Positions 19,278 to 29,285 of a stretch of DNA of 64,000 nucleotides are shown piece by piece (the first letter of the stretch is position 1; each line of letters begins with the position of its first letter). Position numbers and translations under genes: made by a program. This DNA is from Candidatus Heimdallarchaeota archaeon (GTDB taxonomy: Archaea; Asgardarchaeota; Heimdallarchaeia; JABLTI01): positions 1-64,000 of the forward strand of contig JAHLVW010000036.1 of the NCBI GenBank assembly GCA_019058275.1, in the 5' to 3' direction. The notes under the pieces were generated by a model that worked only from the letters and a program-made list of their open reading frames with translations, was not told the DNA's origin and searched no databases.

Positions 19278-20558
19278 CTACAGTAATTTTTCTCCTTCTG
19301 TAATATCTCCCATAACTAAACCAGAAATCATTTTTGGATAGAAATCTGTTGACTTTTGTGGCATTCTTTCATTCTTCTTAGATGCATCAAGCACCTGAGC
19401 AGCTTTTGTTGAATTCATTATTACAGCTGTTTTAGCTTTTCCACTATCAACCTTAGCTATTGCATCCTTTATCCATCGAATATAGAAAATATCTTCATCA
19501 ATTTTTAGATGTTCAGTTTTAATGATGCCATTGAATAGTACTTCGCGAACTATAACAACATCTAAAGTTTTGTAGGAATTTGCATGTTCCTCTTTTAGGA
19601 AAATATCAACAGTTTTTGGATCCTTTAGGACGATACCATATGCTTTCCCACCAGTATAGATAGTGAAAGCATGCTTATCATGAGAAGCCATGAATTCTTC
19701 AATCTTATCCTTATCCAAGTTCGTTACATCAAAGTATTTCTTGATTTCCTTCCATGCTTTATCATCAATTTCGTGATGAGCTAGAACACGGTGTGTAGGT
19801 AAAATAATCAATCCTTCATCTTGAACTGGAACTAAGAGTGTCATTCTGAAGTTAGCTGCTTCATCTTCAGTCCAACCCTTTCGCTCTTTTCTCAGTTCAT
19901 CTCGGTAACCACAAGCTGTTTCATATCGGTGATGACCATCAGCGATTACTACCTGACCTGGAGGGATTTCAAAAACATCTTGAATAATCTTGATTTTTTC
20001 AAGATCTTCTATTTTCCATACTCTATTACGAACATCAAGATTATCGATGACATCCATGATTGGTTCTACTTTAGCAACTTCATTAAAGATCCTTATTGTG
20101 ACTTTATCAGGATCATTATATAACATGAATCCTGGTTCAAGGAATTTCTGAGTTGCCATTAGCATATTTAAGCGATCGATTTTAGGTCCTTTATGAGTCC
20201 ATTCATGAGGGAGAACAATTCCTTCTTCAAAGTGATGCAATTTTACTGCTGCAAAAAATCCCTTGCGAATGTATTTCTTACCATCAATTTCAAAATCCTG
20301 GAAATAGACGTAGAAACCTAGCTTATCATCTTGTTTGAAGATATCTTCGCTAATCCATTTTTCTAGTCTTTGTTTTGATATTTCGTATCGATTTTCTTCT
20401 ATGGGTAATGTTAATCGACTATAATTATAATCCGATTTTGCATAATACATCTCTTGCATTTCAGCTGTAATTTTATCGTAAGGCTGTGCTACAAGATCTT
20501 CTAATTTTCCTGCTTTTTCAGTATATTTAATTCCTTTAAAGGGACGTATTTCTACCAT
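19278..20558 (-). CDS. DUF1015 family protein
   Basis: IRPFKG, PYD, PHEWT, IADGHHRYETA, ILPTHR, MPQKSTDFYPK. Confidence 0.92.
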   Translation of the reverse strand: MVEIRPFKGIKYTEKAGKLEDLVAQPYDKITAEMQEMYYAKSDYNYSRLTLPIEENRYEISKQRLEKWISEDIFKQDDKLGFYVYFQDFEIDGKKYIRKGFFAAVKLHHFEEGIVLPHEWTHKGPKIDRLNMLMATQKFLEPGFMLYNDPDKVTIRIFNEVAKVEPIMDVIDNLDVRNRVWKIEDLEKIKIIQDVFEIPPGQVVIADGHHRYETACGYRDELRKERKGWTEDEAANFRMTLLVPVQDEGLIILPTHRVLAHHEIDDKAWKEIKKYFDVTNLDKDKIEEFMASHDKHAFTIYTGGKAYGIVLKDPKTVDIFLKEEHANSYKTLDVVIVREVLFNGIIKTEHLKIDEDIFYIRWIKDAIAKVDSGKAKTAVIMNSTKAAQVLDASKKNERMPQKSTDFYPKMISGLVMGDITEGEKLL

Positions 20559-20672
20559 TATTAACCACTTATCCATTTATCATAAGAAAAACTAATGGAA
20601 GCTAAAGTTTTTTTTCTTTAGCTCCAATTGTATTTAGTAATTAATCTTTTGGATTTTCTAGAAATTAGCCTT

Positions 20673-21587
20673 TCAGAGTTTTTTTAACTCCTCAATAACT
20701 GCTTCTGCTACTTGTATACCAGCTCGTTCTTGTCCTTCAGCTGTCATTGCTCCAATATGTGGGCTACCAATAACATTTTCAAGTTCAAGTAGTTTTTTAG
20801 AAGATTCTAACTCTACTGGTTCTTTTTCCCAGACATCAAGTGCTGCTCCAGCGACTTTGCCACTTTTAATTGCTTCATAAAGAGCGTTCTCATCAATGGT
20901 ACCACCACGTGCACAATTGATAATGAAAACTCCATCTTTCATTTTAGCAATTGCATCTTTGTTGATTATGTGTTTTGTTTCTGGTGTTAATGGTAAATGC
21001 AATGATAAATAGTCAGCATTTGTAAAGACATCATTTATTTCACATTGATCAACACAAGCTTCATTTATTTCTCCTCTTCTTCTACAACCCACAATTTTCA
21101 TTCCAAGAGCATGGCATTTTCTTGCTAAAGCTGAACCAATGCGTCCACAACCCACAATACCTAAGGTTTTACCTCCAAGCTCCAAACCCTTTAATTGCTT
21201 TTTAGCCCATTCACCTTTTCGCAATGTTGTTGTTCCTTTAACGACTTTTCGGGCTAAGGCAAACATAAATGCTAATGCTAATTCCGCAACAGTATCTGTA
21301 GTAGCATTGGGTGTATTTCGAACAGTTATACCTCTTTCTTCACATTTCTTAAGGTCTACATTGTCTAATCCAATTCCTGCCCTACCAACAACTTTCAAGT
21401 TTTTTGCTGCTTCTAGCAAATTACCTTTTACTTTTGTAGCTGATCTAATAACAATAGCATCATAGTCACCAACAATTTTTGGCAGCTCATCTTTTGGAAT
21501 ATCCCAGGCTTCATTTACTTCATAGCCTTCTTTTTTTAGGAGCTCTATACCTTTATCAGCAATTTTATCTGTAACGATGACTTTCAC
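20673..21587 (-). CDS. serA: D-3-phosphoglycerate dehydrogenase-like D-2-hydroxyacid dehydrogenase (no ACT domain)
   Basis: RAGIGLDNVD, GCGRIG, INCARGG, DVWEKEP, PHIGAMT. Confidence 0.82.
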   Translation of the reverse strand: MKVIVTDKIADKGIELLKKEGYEVNEAWDIPKDELPKIVGDYDAIVIRSATKVKGNLLEAAKNLKVVGRAGIGLDNVDLKKCEERGITVRNTPNATTDTVAELALAFMFALARKVVKGTTTLRKGEWAKKQLKGLELGGKTLGIVGCGRIGSALARKCHALGMKIVGCRRRGEINEACVDQCEINDVFTNADYLSLHLPLTPETKHIINKDAIAKMKDGVFIINCARGGTIDENALYEAIKSGKVAGAALDVWEKEPVELESSKKLLELENVIGSPHIGAMTAEGQERAGIQVAEAVIEELKKL

Positions 21588-21591
21588 TTTA

Positions 21592-22662
21592 TTACAGCTC
21601 CCAAATTTCTTCTATATTTTTGCAAACATCTTGAACGTCTGCTACAGTCCATTCACCCATGTGACCAATTCTGAAAGTTTTTTCCTTCAGATTACCATAA
21701 CCATTAGATATCATATAGTATCTCTTAGCTAATTCTTTATTTAAACCTCCAACATTTTTGCCTTGAGTGTTTTTGATTGTGGAGACTGTTAATGATTCGT
21801 ATCCAGGCTCTGGAAACATTTCGAAATGCTTCTTAGCCCAATCTTGGGTCCATTTAGCCATGTCAACATGTCTTTGATATCGTCCTTCTGCTGTTTCTTT
21901 GAGCATTCTATCTAGTTGATAATCAAGAGCATAAAGTAAGGAAACATTCGGTGTGCTTGGAGTTTGTTGTTTCTTCATCCAATAATCATAGATGCCTTTT
22001 ATGTCTGTATATCTACCTCTATCAGGAACTTCTTCAGCTCTCTTAAGTGCTCCTTCTGAAACGAATCCAATTGCTAATCCAGGTGGTAAAGCATATGCTT
22101 TTTGTGTAGAAGCATAAATAAGATCGCATTGGATTTTCTCTGGTTCAACTTTATCACCACCCATTGCGCTCACTGAATCAATGACATACATTATGTCTGG
22201 ATATTCTTTTTTGACTGCTTTGCCAATTTCATATATTGGATTTCTTACTCCTGTGCTAGTTTCATTATGGCAAATTGACAGAGTATCATAATTGCCAGAA
22301 GCAAGTTTCTCAAGGATCATTTCAGGCTTGATGGCATAACCCCAATCAACATCTAAAATGTCAATCTCCTTTCCACAATCTCTAATTGTCTCAGCACAAC
22401 GTTTAGAAAAGGCTCCATTTACACAACAGAGTGCTTTTTCTTTTACAAGTGCTCTTCCGGTGATGTCCATGAAGATAGTACCAGAAGCTGTTAACACTGT
22501 CACCCATTGTTCAGTGCTATGAAACTTCTGTAATTTGTCAATAATACCTGTATATAACTCTGTGAATTCCTTTGGTCTGTGACCAATAAGAGGTTTAGCT
22601 TGTTGTTCAAGAACCTCAGCAGGAACTTCAGTAGGTCCAGGAATGAATAATCTTTTATGCAA
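21592..22662 (-). CDS. class V PLP aminotransferase (serine-pyruvate/alanine-glyoxylate or SerC-like)
   Basis: LFIPGPT, HNETSTG, DSVS, STQKAYALPPGL (PLP Lys), FRIGHMG. Confidence 0.9.
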   Translation of the reverse strand: MHKRLFIPGPTEVPAEVLEQQAKPLIGHRPKEFTELYTGIIDKLQKFHSTEQWVTVLTASGTIFMDITGRALVKEKALCCVNGAFSKRCAETIRDCGKEIDILDVDWGYAIKPEMILEKLASGNYDTLSICHNETSTGVRNPIYEIGKAVKKEYPDIMYVIDSVSAMGGDKVEPEKIQCDLIYASTQKAYALPPGLAIGFVSEGALKRAEEVPDRGRYTDIKGIYDYWMKKQQTPSTPNVSLLYALDYQLDRMLKETAEGRYQRHVDMAKWTQDWAKKHFEMFPEPGYESLTVSTIKNTQGKNVGGLNKELAKRYYMISNGYGNLKEKTFRIGHMGEWTVADVQDVCKNIEEIWEL

Positions 22663-22931
22663 GTATTTTTTTCCTCCAAATCTACTTCTTGTGAAATATA
22701 TTCAGCAAAGACCACAGACTATTTTGTACTATTTGAAACTTTGCCAAAATCACAAAAATAAACTCTATATAGCATTTTTAATTTTATCTCAGACTTTCAG
22801 ATTAGAAACAACCGGATATTAATTTATTTGAATGATAACAAAGTATCTAATTAAGTTTCCATCATTTTAGAAGGTAAAAGATATATTTAAGGAAAGACTA
22901 TGGAAAATATACATTAAGGTGCGAATGAAAA

Positions 22932-23180
22932 ATGGCTAGTGCTTATGTTTTAATCAATACAGAAATTGGCGGAGAAGAAGACGTTATAAATCAATTAAAC
23001 GAAATGAAAGAGGTTGAGGAAGTTTCTGTAGTCTATGGTGTCTATGATATAGTTGCTAAGATAACCTCTGATACTATGGAAAACCTCAAAGGAATTATAA
23101 CAACAAAAGTTAGACATCTCAATAAAGTAAGGTCTACAATGACTATGATAGCAGCAGAATCTAGGCTTATTAAGAAATAA
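22932..23180 (+). CDS. stand-alone Lrp/AsnC ligand-binding (RAM) domain protein
   Basis: AYVLIN, VYGVYDIVAK, VRSTMTMI; no HTH. Confidence 0.9.
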   Translation: MASAYVLINTEIGGEEDVINQLNEMKEVEEVSVVYGVYDIVAKITSDTMENLKGIITTKVRHLNKVRSTMTMIAAESRLIKK

Positions 23181-23282
23181 TTAATTCCAAGATCTCTACA
23201 TTTTCTTTTTTATTTCAAACAATCCACTATTTTATTACATTTTAAGCTTGTTTACTTCATTTAAAATGAGAAAAATAATGAT

Positions 23283-23303
23283 TGTGAGATAAAGCATCTC
23301 ACA
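23283..23303. terminator. hairpin between the convergent RAM-domain genes
   Basis: TGTGAGAT-AAAGC-ATCTCACA. Confidence 0.45.
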
Positions 23304-23343
23304 TAGGAGAAAAACAAAAAGTATAGTATTATTAAGCGATGTT

Positions 23344-23577
23344 TTACTCTTGACTAGCAATCATGGTCATTGTTGATCTGACTTTGTTTAAGTGGCGTAC
23401 TTTAGATGTAATTAATTCTTTTAATACTTCCATCGTATCTGCTTCTAATTTAACAATTACATCATATACCCCATAGACTACACTTACTTCTACGACTTCT
23501 TTCATCGCTTTTAGTTGATTTACTACTTCTTGTTCTCCACCAATTTCCGAGTTAATTAGTACATATGCTTTAGCCAT
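23344..23577 (-). CDS. stand-alone Lrp/AsnC ligand-binding (RAM) domain protein, paralog
   Basis: AYVLIN, VYGVYDVIVK, KVRHLNKVRSTMTMI. Confidence 0.9.
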   Translation of the reverse strand: MAKAYVLINSEIGGEQEVVNQLKAMKEVVEVSVVYGVYDVIVKLEADTMEVLKELITSKVRHLNKVRSTMTMIASQE

Positions 23578-23714
23578 GTTTTTTATTACTCCTGTAAGTA
23601 ATCACTATTGCTTTTGTTGACTGTTAGTTTTTTTTATTTATTAGCTTTTTCTAATGACTATTGAATGGATATATTAACTTTTCTTTTTTATAAATTAAAT
23701 CGCAATCCATTTTT

Positions 23715-24719
23715 TTACTCGTAAATTTCTGGATTTACACAATTTGGCGGAACTTTTCCAGCTAATCCTGCTAGAAGATTCTCTACAGCTATCATACCCA
23801 TTTTTGTTCTTGTTTCAATAGTTGCACTACCAATATGGGCTGTTATTATAATATTATCTAATTCTGCTAATCCCGGAGCTAAAGCTGGTTCATGCTCATA
23901 TACATCTAAAGCTGCTCCAGCAATATGCTTATCTTTCAAAACCCTCACAAGTGCTTGCTCATCAATAACAGCTCCTCTAGAAGTATTGATTAAATAAGTT
24001 GAAGGTTTCATCATCAAAAGCTCTTTTTCACCAATAAGATGTTTTGTCTTATCAGTCAGTGGAACGTGTATTGAAATATAGTCTGATTCCTTGAGTAGTT
24101 TCTCCAAAGAACAATATTCCATATTTAATTTCTTTTCCAATTCTTCATGTCTTCTTGTATCGCTATACAAAACTTTCATTTGAAAACCTTTAGCTGCTCG
24201 CTCTGCTACAGCAGAACCTATTCTACCACAACCCACAATTCCTATGGTTTTCTGATAGATATCATTACCTAATTGTAGAAGTGGTCCCCATCCCTTGAAC
24301 TCTCCTGCTCTAGTAAATTTATCACTTTCAACAATTTTTCGAGATATTGACATTAATAATGCAAAAGCCAAATCTGCTGTTGTATCAGTTAAAACTCCAG
24401 GTGTGTTGGTAACTGGTAACTTTCGTTTAGTTGCTGCTACAACATCAATATTGTTATAACCAACAGCATAAGTAGCAATAATTTTGAGACTATCACCTGC
24501 TGCTTCCATAATTTCAGCATCAATTGTATCAGTTAGTAAACAAATCAATCCATCTTTTCCTTTAACACCCCTCAAGATTTCATCTTTAGTTAAAACTCTG
24601 TCCTCTTCGTTCAATTCTAAATCAATATTGTGTTTCTTCAAGTAATCAATTGCACTTTGAGGTATTTTTCTTGTTAAAAATACTTTATGGGTTTTCATTA
24701 CATACAATCCTTCTTTCAT
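23715..24719 (-). CDS. gyaR: glyoxylate/hydroxypyruvate reductase (D-glycerate dehydrogenase)
   Basis: AVGYNNID, TNTPGVLTDTTAD, GCGRIG, INTSRG, HIGSAT. Confidence 0.88.
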   Translation of the reverse strand: MKEGLYVMKTHKVFLTRKIPQSAIDYLKKHNIDLELNEEDRVLTKDEILRGVKGKDGLICLLTDTIDAEIMEAAGDSLKIIATYAVGYNNIDVVAATKRKLPVTNTPGVLTDTTADLAFALLMSISRKIVESDKFTRAGEFKGWGPLLQLGNDIYQKTIGIVGCGRIGSAVAERAAKGFQMKVLYSDTRRHEELEKKLNMEYCSLEKLLKESDYISIHVPLTDKTKHLIGEKELLMMKPSTYLINTSRGAVIDEQALVRVLKDKHIAGAALDVYEHEPALAPGLAELDNIIITAHIGSATIETRTKMGMIAVENLLAGLAGKVPPNCVNPEIYE

Positions 24720-24888
24720 CTATTTTTTATTACGATTATAATTATTTCAATTTTCTTCAAATAGATTTAAAATTATAACAATCCATATCGAATATTACTT
24801 ATAGGATAATCTATTTTATTAGTTACTACAAAATTATTTAATTACTTGCTTAGTAAAGAAGGAAGCAAACTAAAACATTAATTTCTTT

Positions 24889-26131
24889 ATGGAGGATCAA
24901 AACAATAATAGCATTCTTTGTCGACCGCTTTTCACAAAATGATATAGGTGGAGTTAAATCCTATCTAAGAAGGATTACAAAAGCTCTGAAATCAAAAGGA
25001 TATCAACCAGTAATTCTTACTCAAATTACAAAAGATGATTCTTCAAACAAAGAAATAATAGATGGGATAGACATCATTCGATTTTTCTGTGGAGATCTAG
25101 TAGATAGAACAAAAGAATTCAATTTACTATCTGAAGAAGAAAGGATTTCGAATGTTGAAAGGTTATTTCAAAAAGATGATATCGAAACTACCGCTACAAA
25201 ACTCGCAAATGAATTAAAAGATTTTATAACTAAACATAAACCTAAAGCTATTCATTTTCATAATTCTTATTTTGTTTCTCCATATGCTTTGTATTTTCTA
25301 AAACAAGTATTGAATTTCAGATCACTTACACCTTTTTATTTTTGGAGTCATAGTCCATCATTCAAATTAATCATGCCAGATGGAACGGAATCGAATTTAT
25401 ATGAAGCATTAAGGTCATTTCAAAATCATTTCAAAGGAATTTTATCGGTAAGTAAATCTGTTCAAAATCACATGTTCAAATCAGGTATTAATTCAAAAGT
25501 AAAATATTTGGGAGTAGATACAGAGGTTTTCAAAAAGAAGGATTCACCAAGCTTTAAAATTCGTGAGAAATTTAACATTTCTGACGATGCTTTTGTTATT
25601 CTTTATACTGGTAGAATCATAAAGGAAAAGGGTTTAGATATTCTTCCTGAAATTTACAAGAAGCTAATAGATCGAGATAAGGCATTTCTGACTATCCACT
25701 TTTTATTCATTGGAGATGGGAAGTATCGAAAGGAATTTGGAGAACAAATCAAAAATGAAAATCTAGACCATCGCTTTCATTTCGCTGTTGTGGATTCTGA
25801 TGAGAAGCTTGCTGATATTTATTCAAGCGCAAATTGCTTCATCTTACCATCAAGAAGAGAGGCATTAGGTTTATCTCTCCTAGAAGCAATGAGCTGCTCA
25901 TTACCTTGCCTTGCATCTGACCTCCTGGGAATAAATGAAATAATCAAGAATACAAAAAATGGGTTATTAATTCCACTAGATAATCAAACTGAATATGTTC
26001 GTTGGATTTCAGGATTATATGTAAATAAAAATTTACGAAACGACTTGGGACAAGCTGCTAGGGTAACTGTTGAAGAAGAATTTAGTTTTGAAAGTCATGT
26101 AAATTACTTCATAAAGAGATTACTGAGATAG
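24889..26131 (+). CDS. GT4 (GT-B) glycosyltransferase; true start obscured (frameshift or non-canonical start)
   Basis: Frame open from 24857: TIIAFFVDRFSQNDIGGVKSY... continues into track ORF 25289; GRIIKEKG, EALGLSLLEAM. Confidence 0.8.
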
Positions 26132-26203
26132 CTAGAAGTTTTATCACAATCCAATCTCTACAAATATAAAGATACTAATTCGTTTTCTGTATGTGATGAT
26201 AAC

Positions 26204-27115
26204 ATGATTGAAAACTTAGATTTTTACCAACCAACTATTGAAGATTTAGCAAGTGTTATCAAAGTAATTGATGTAACAGACTGGGGAGAAACAGAAGCTG
26301 ATATTAGACGTGCTCTTAGGAATAAGAACAATAAGTATTTCACACTTATAAATCGTGAAGAAGGCTTCATGGTTGGAATCACATTAGCTGTTTCTTATGG
26401 AAATGTTGGTTTTATAGGTCATGTTGTAACATTACCCGAATTTCGAAACATGGGTTTAGGACAAGAATTAATGATTGAAGCAATTAATCTCTTAAAATTC
26501 AAAGGTTGTCGAACCATCAAATTAGATGCTGTTGAAAAAGCAAAATCACTTTACAAAAGAGCTGGGTTTACTTTTGAGATAAATTCTTTACGATTTAAGT
26601 ATGAGATAAATTCTCAAGAAGATATTCAAAAACTACTAGATAAACTGAATTCAGTAGAACAGCAATTTCCTGTATTTAATACTAAAGAAGATGATTTATC
26701 ACAGATTTTTGAAGCAGATAAAGAATTATTTGGTGGGAATCGTGAAGATTTCTTGCTTTCTTTATTTGAAGAATTTCCTGAATATGCCTTTATTACTCGA
26801 GATACTGAAGATTACCTTGCAGGATATCTATTTGGAACGTTTCAAAATGGTAATCTAAAACTAAAAGCAGGCATTAGTGATTCTTATCAATCTACAATCA
26901 ATTTGATAAAAGCTGCAATATTAACTGTAAAGGATTTAGATGATTTTAAGGTGATTTCAATTGGTCTTTTAGAAAACAGCAAGTGGGGAATAAAAGCTAT
27001 GGATGAACTTTGCTTTAAACAAACAAGCTTTTCACTTAGAATGTATTATGGTGAAAGATCTGATGCTTCATTAAACCCAATTATATTTGCTATTGGCGAT
27101 CCAGCTTGGGGTTAG
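26204..27115 (+). CDS. tandem GNAT acetyltransferase (YitH-like)
   Basis: IGHVVTLPEFRNMGLG, LDAVEKAKSLYKRAGF, DKELFGGNR. Confidence 0.8.
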   Translation: MIENLDFYQPTIEDLASVIKVIDVTDWGETEADIRRALRNKNNKYFTLINREEGFMVGITLAVSYGNVGFIGHVVTLPEFRNMGLGQELMIEAINLLKFKGCRTIKLDAVEKAKSLYKRAGFTFEINSLRFKYEINSQEDIQKLLDKLNSVEQQFPVFNTKEDDLSQIFEADKELFGGNREDFLLSLFEEFPEYAFITRDTEDYLAGYLFGTFQNGNLKLKAGISDSYQSTINLIKAAILTVKDLDDFKVISIGLLENSKWGIKAMDELCFKQTSFSLRMYYGERSDASLNPIIFAIGDPAWG

Positions 27116-27118
27116 GTT

Positions 27119-28015
27119 TTAGAAATTAAATACGTAGTTCTCAAGAATCTTTTTTGAACCTTCTACCAAGTTTTTTGCAGAAATCATATAATGAACAATT
27201 TCTGTATCATCCAATGTTAATGCTGTTTCGACAATTAGATTTGCGTAACCTATGCTTGCAAATCTACCTCTAGCATTCAAACTAACAGTTGTGTCTGAAA
27301 TCTTTAGTAATGGTTTTAACCGTTCAATTGACCCTGGAATTTCACCAATATGTATTTCACCTGCTTTATCAAAAATAAAATTTCTTATTTCATCTTTTGT
27401 TATTTTCTGAGATGCTCCAGCAATGAATTCAAAAATAATCTGAGTGATATAGCTGGCTTCTATTCTTTTAGCAAAAAAGCAATTATCTGTGTATTTTACC
27501 CTTAGTTTGTCTGATGCAACACTTTGTATTATATGATTAATTTCACTTTCCAGAAATTGGTCCCAATCCTCACTAAAAGGTAGTTTATGCAAATTTAAAC
27601 CAGGTGATCGCAAAGTTGAATGAAATACTAATAGAGCTTTTCCTAATGGTGTAAGGTCATAATGTGAATGAACGCCACCAAATCCCTTCCAAGCCATTCC
27701 TTCTGAAGGTCCTTCCTTCTCACGTATCATTACTTTATTTTCTCGAAAAGATTTAAGATATCTTTCAAAACCAGTTAACGATTTAGCTTTGATTCTTGAT
27801 TGTATTCTCTTGGTTAAATCTTTAACACGACTGAATCGATTCAAATCCTTGGAATCAAAATATAACTCAAGCTCCTTATTATAATTGAAAAATCTAGCAC
27901 GGTTAATTGGTTCTTCTAAATATGATATCATAGCTGCAGAGGTTAATATTACATAGCAAGATTCATTATCAAAATCTCGTATGACTTTTTGTGCTAATTC
28001 TCTAATTTCACTCAT
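27119..28015 (-). CDS. hypothetical protein, possibly tandem winged-helix
   Basis: 298-aa ORF; wing-like motifs YDLTPLG and VSLNARG. Confidence 0.55.
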   Translation of the reverse strand: MSEIRELAQKVIRDFDNESCYVILTSAAMISYLEEPINRARFFNYNKELELYFDSKDLNRFSRVKDLTKRIQSRIKAKSLTGFERYLKSFRENKVMIREKEGPSEGMAWKGFGGVHSHYDLTPLGKALLVFHSTLRSPGLNLHKLPFSEDWDQFLESEINHIIQSVASDKLRVKYTDNCFFAKRIEASYITQIIFEFIAGASQKITKDEIRNFIFDKAGEIHIGEIPGSIERLKPLLKISDTTVSLNARGRFASIGYANLIVETALTLDDTEIVHYMISAKNLVEGSKKILENYVFNF

Positions 28016-28141
28016 TGATAAATCACTAACTTCAAGATTTAATTATTAGTTGCTCCAATAGTCATAAAAAGTATTCTAAATGAAATGATGAAATTTCATG
28101 TTTAATGAACTTAATTTGAGTAAATTCATCATATCTATTTT

Positions 28142-29071
28142 CTATTCATCATTCCGCGTTTCAGATTCTTTCATATTATTTTCTTCAAGCTCTTGTGTTT
28201 CACTTTCTTTTGAAAAATCTTCATCTGTTTCTTCTTCGTCTATCTCTTGTTTTTTCTTACGTTCTTGAACATAGTAAATAACATTTGAAATAATAAACAT
28301 CACAATTAAAATTCCAAATATAATGAAGAAATAAAGATTAAATTGATTGGATATCTCATCAATTTGCCCTTGGGTCAATTCCAAAATATATTCTGGTGGA
28401 TTATTGCCTAGTAATTGTACACCAAAGAAAGCATAGAAAATAGCTCGTGGTATTGATCCTATGAATGTTGCTAGGAAATAATGTGTGTCTTTTACTTTAG
28501 ACAAACCTGCTGCATAGCTAATTGGATCAAACATAATTACTGGAACAGCACGACCTACAATTATTGCCCATAATCCCCATCGTTTTATCCATTCATCAAA
28601 AATATATATGGTTCTGTCTATTATTCCTGATTTCTTCCCTGCAGCATCAACTATTGCTCTTCCACCTCTTTTGGATAAATAAAAGGTAACAGCAGCACTA
28701 AACGTTGACCCCACAACTCCAATAAAACTTCCCCAACCTAAACCGAATAACATTCCACCTGTTAGTAGTATTAACTCCGATGGAATTGGAACCAGTAAGC
28801 TTTGTAGTACCATTATACAAATGAAAATAAATACCCGTAAAGCAATGTGAAGTGTTAGAATGGGTGCTATAAAATAATCTCGAACAATAGAAAACAGAAA
28901 TGTTTTATCCCAAATTATTAACACTAGTAGAGCTACTGAAACTAATACTATAATTGTGAATATTATTGCTAAGACGATTCGATCTTTTGTCCATGTAAAA
29001 TCTTTTGAATCTCTCCTTGATGTTGTATCCTCTAATGTAGTTTCTTCACTTACTTCGATTGTTTCAGTCAT
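28142..29071 (-). CDS. TVP38/TMEM64 (VTT/DedA) membrane protein
   Basis: PIPSELILLTGGMLFG, GRAVPVIMFDPISYAAGLS, FLATFIGSIP. Confidence 0.9.
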   Translation of the reverse strand: MTETIEVSEETTLEDTTSRRDSKDFTWTKDRIVLAIIFTIIVLVSVALLVLIIWDKTFLFSIVRDYFIAPILTLHIALRVFIFICIMVLQSLLVPIPSELILLTGGMLFGLGWGSFIGVVGSTFSAAVTFYLSKRGGRAIVDAAGKKSGIIDRTIYIFDEWIKRWGLWAIIVGRAVPVIMFDPISYAAGLSKVKDTHYFLATFIGSIPRAIFYAFFGVQLLGNNPPEYILELTQGQIDEISNQFNLYFFIIFGILIVMFIISNVIYYVQERKKKQEIDEEETDEDFSKESETQELEENNMKESETRNDE

Positions 29072-29285
29072 CTTTTGTTCTCCACTGAATATAATTTCTT
29101 ATATGATTTAAGTTAAATCTCTTACTATAAGAGGCTAATTAAATCGATTGATATAAACATTCATGGGTTACTCATGTTTATCTGAAATCAGCTGTTTGAG
29201 TAATTTAAACAATTATATAAATGAAAAACAAAAGTTTTATAGAGCACATAGTAATTCTTGAAAAAAAAACAGATGTGAACTTTCA

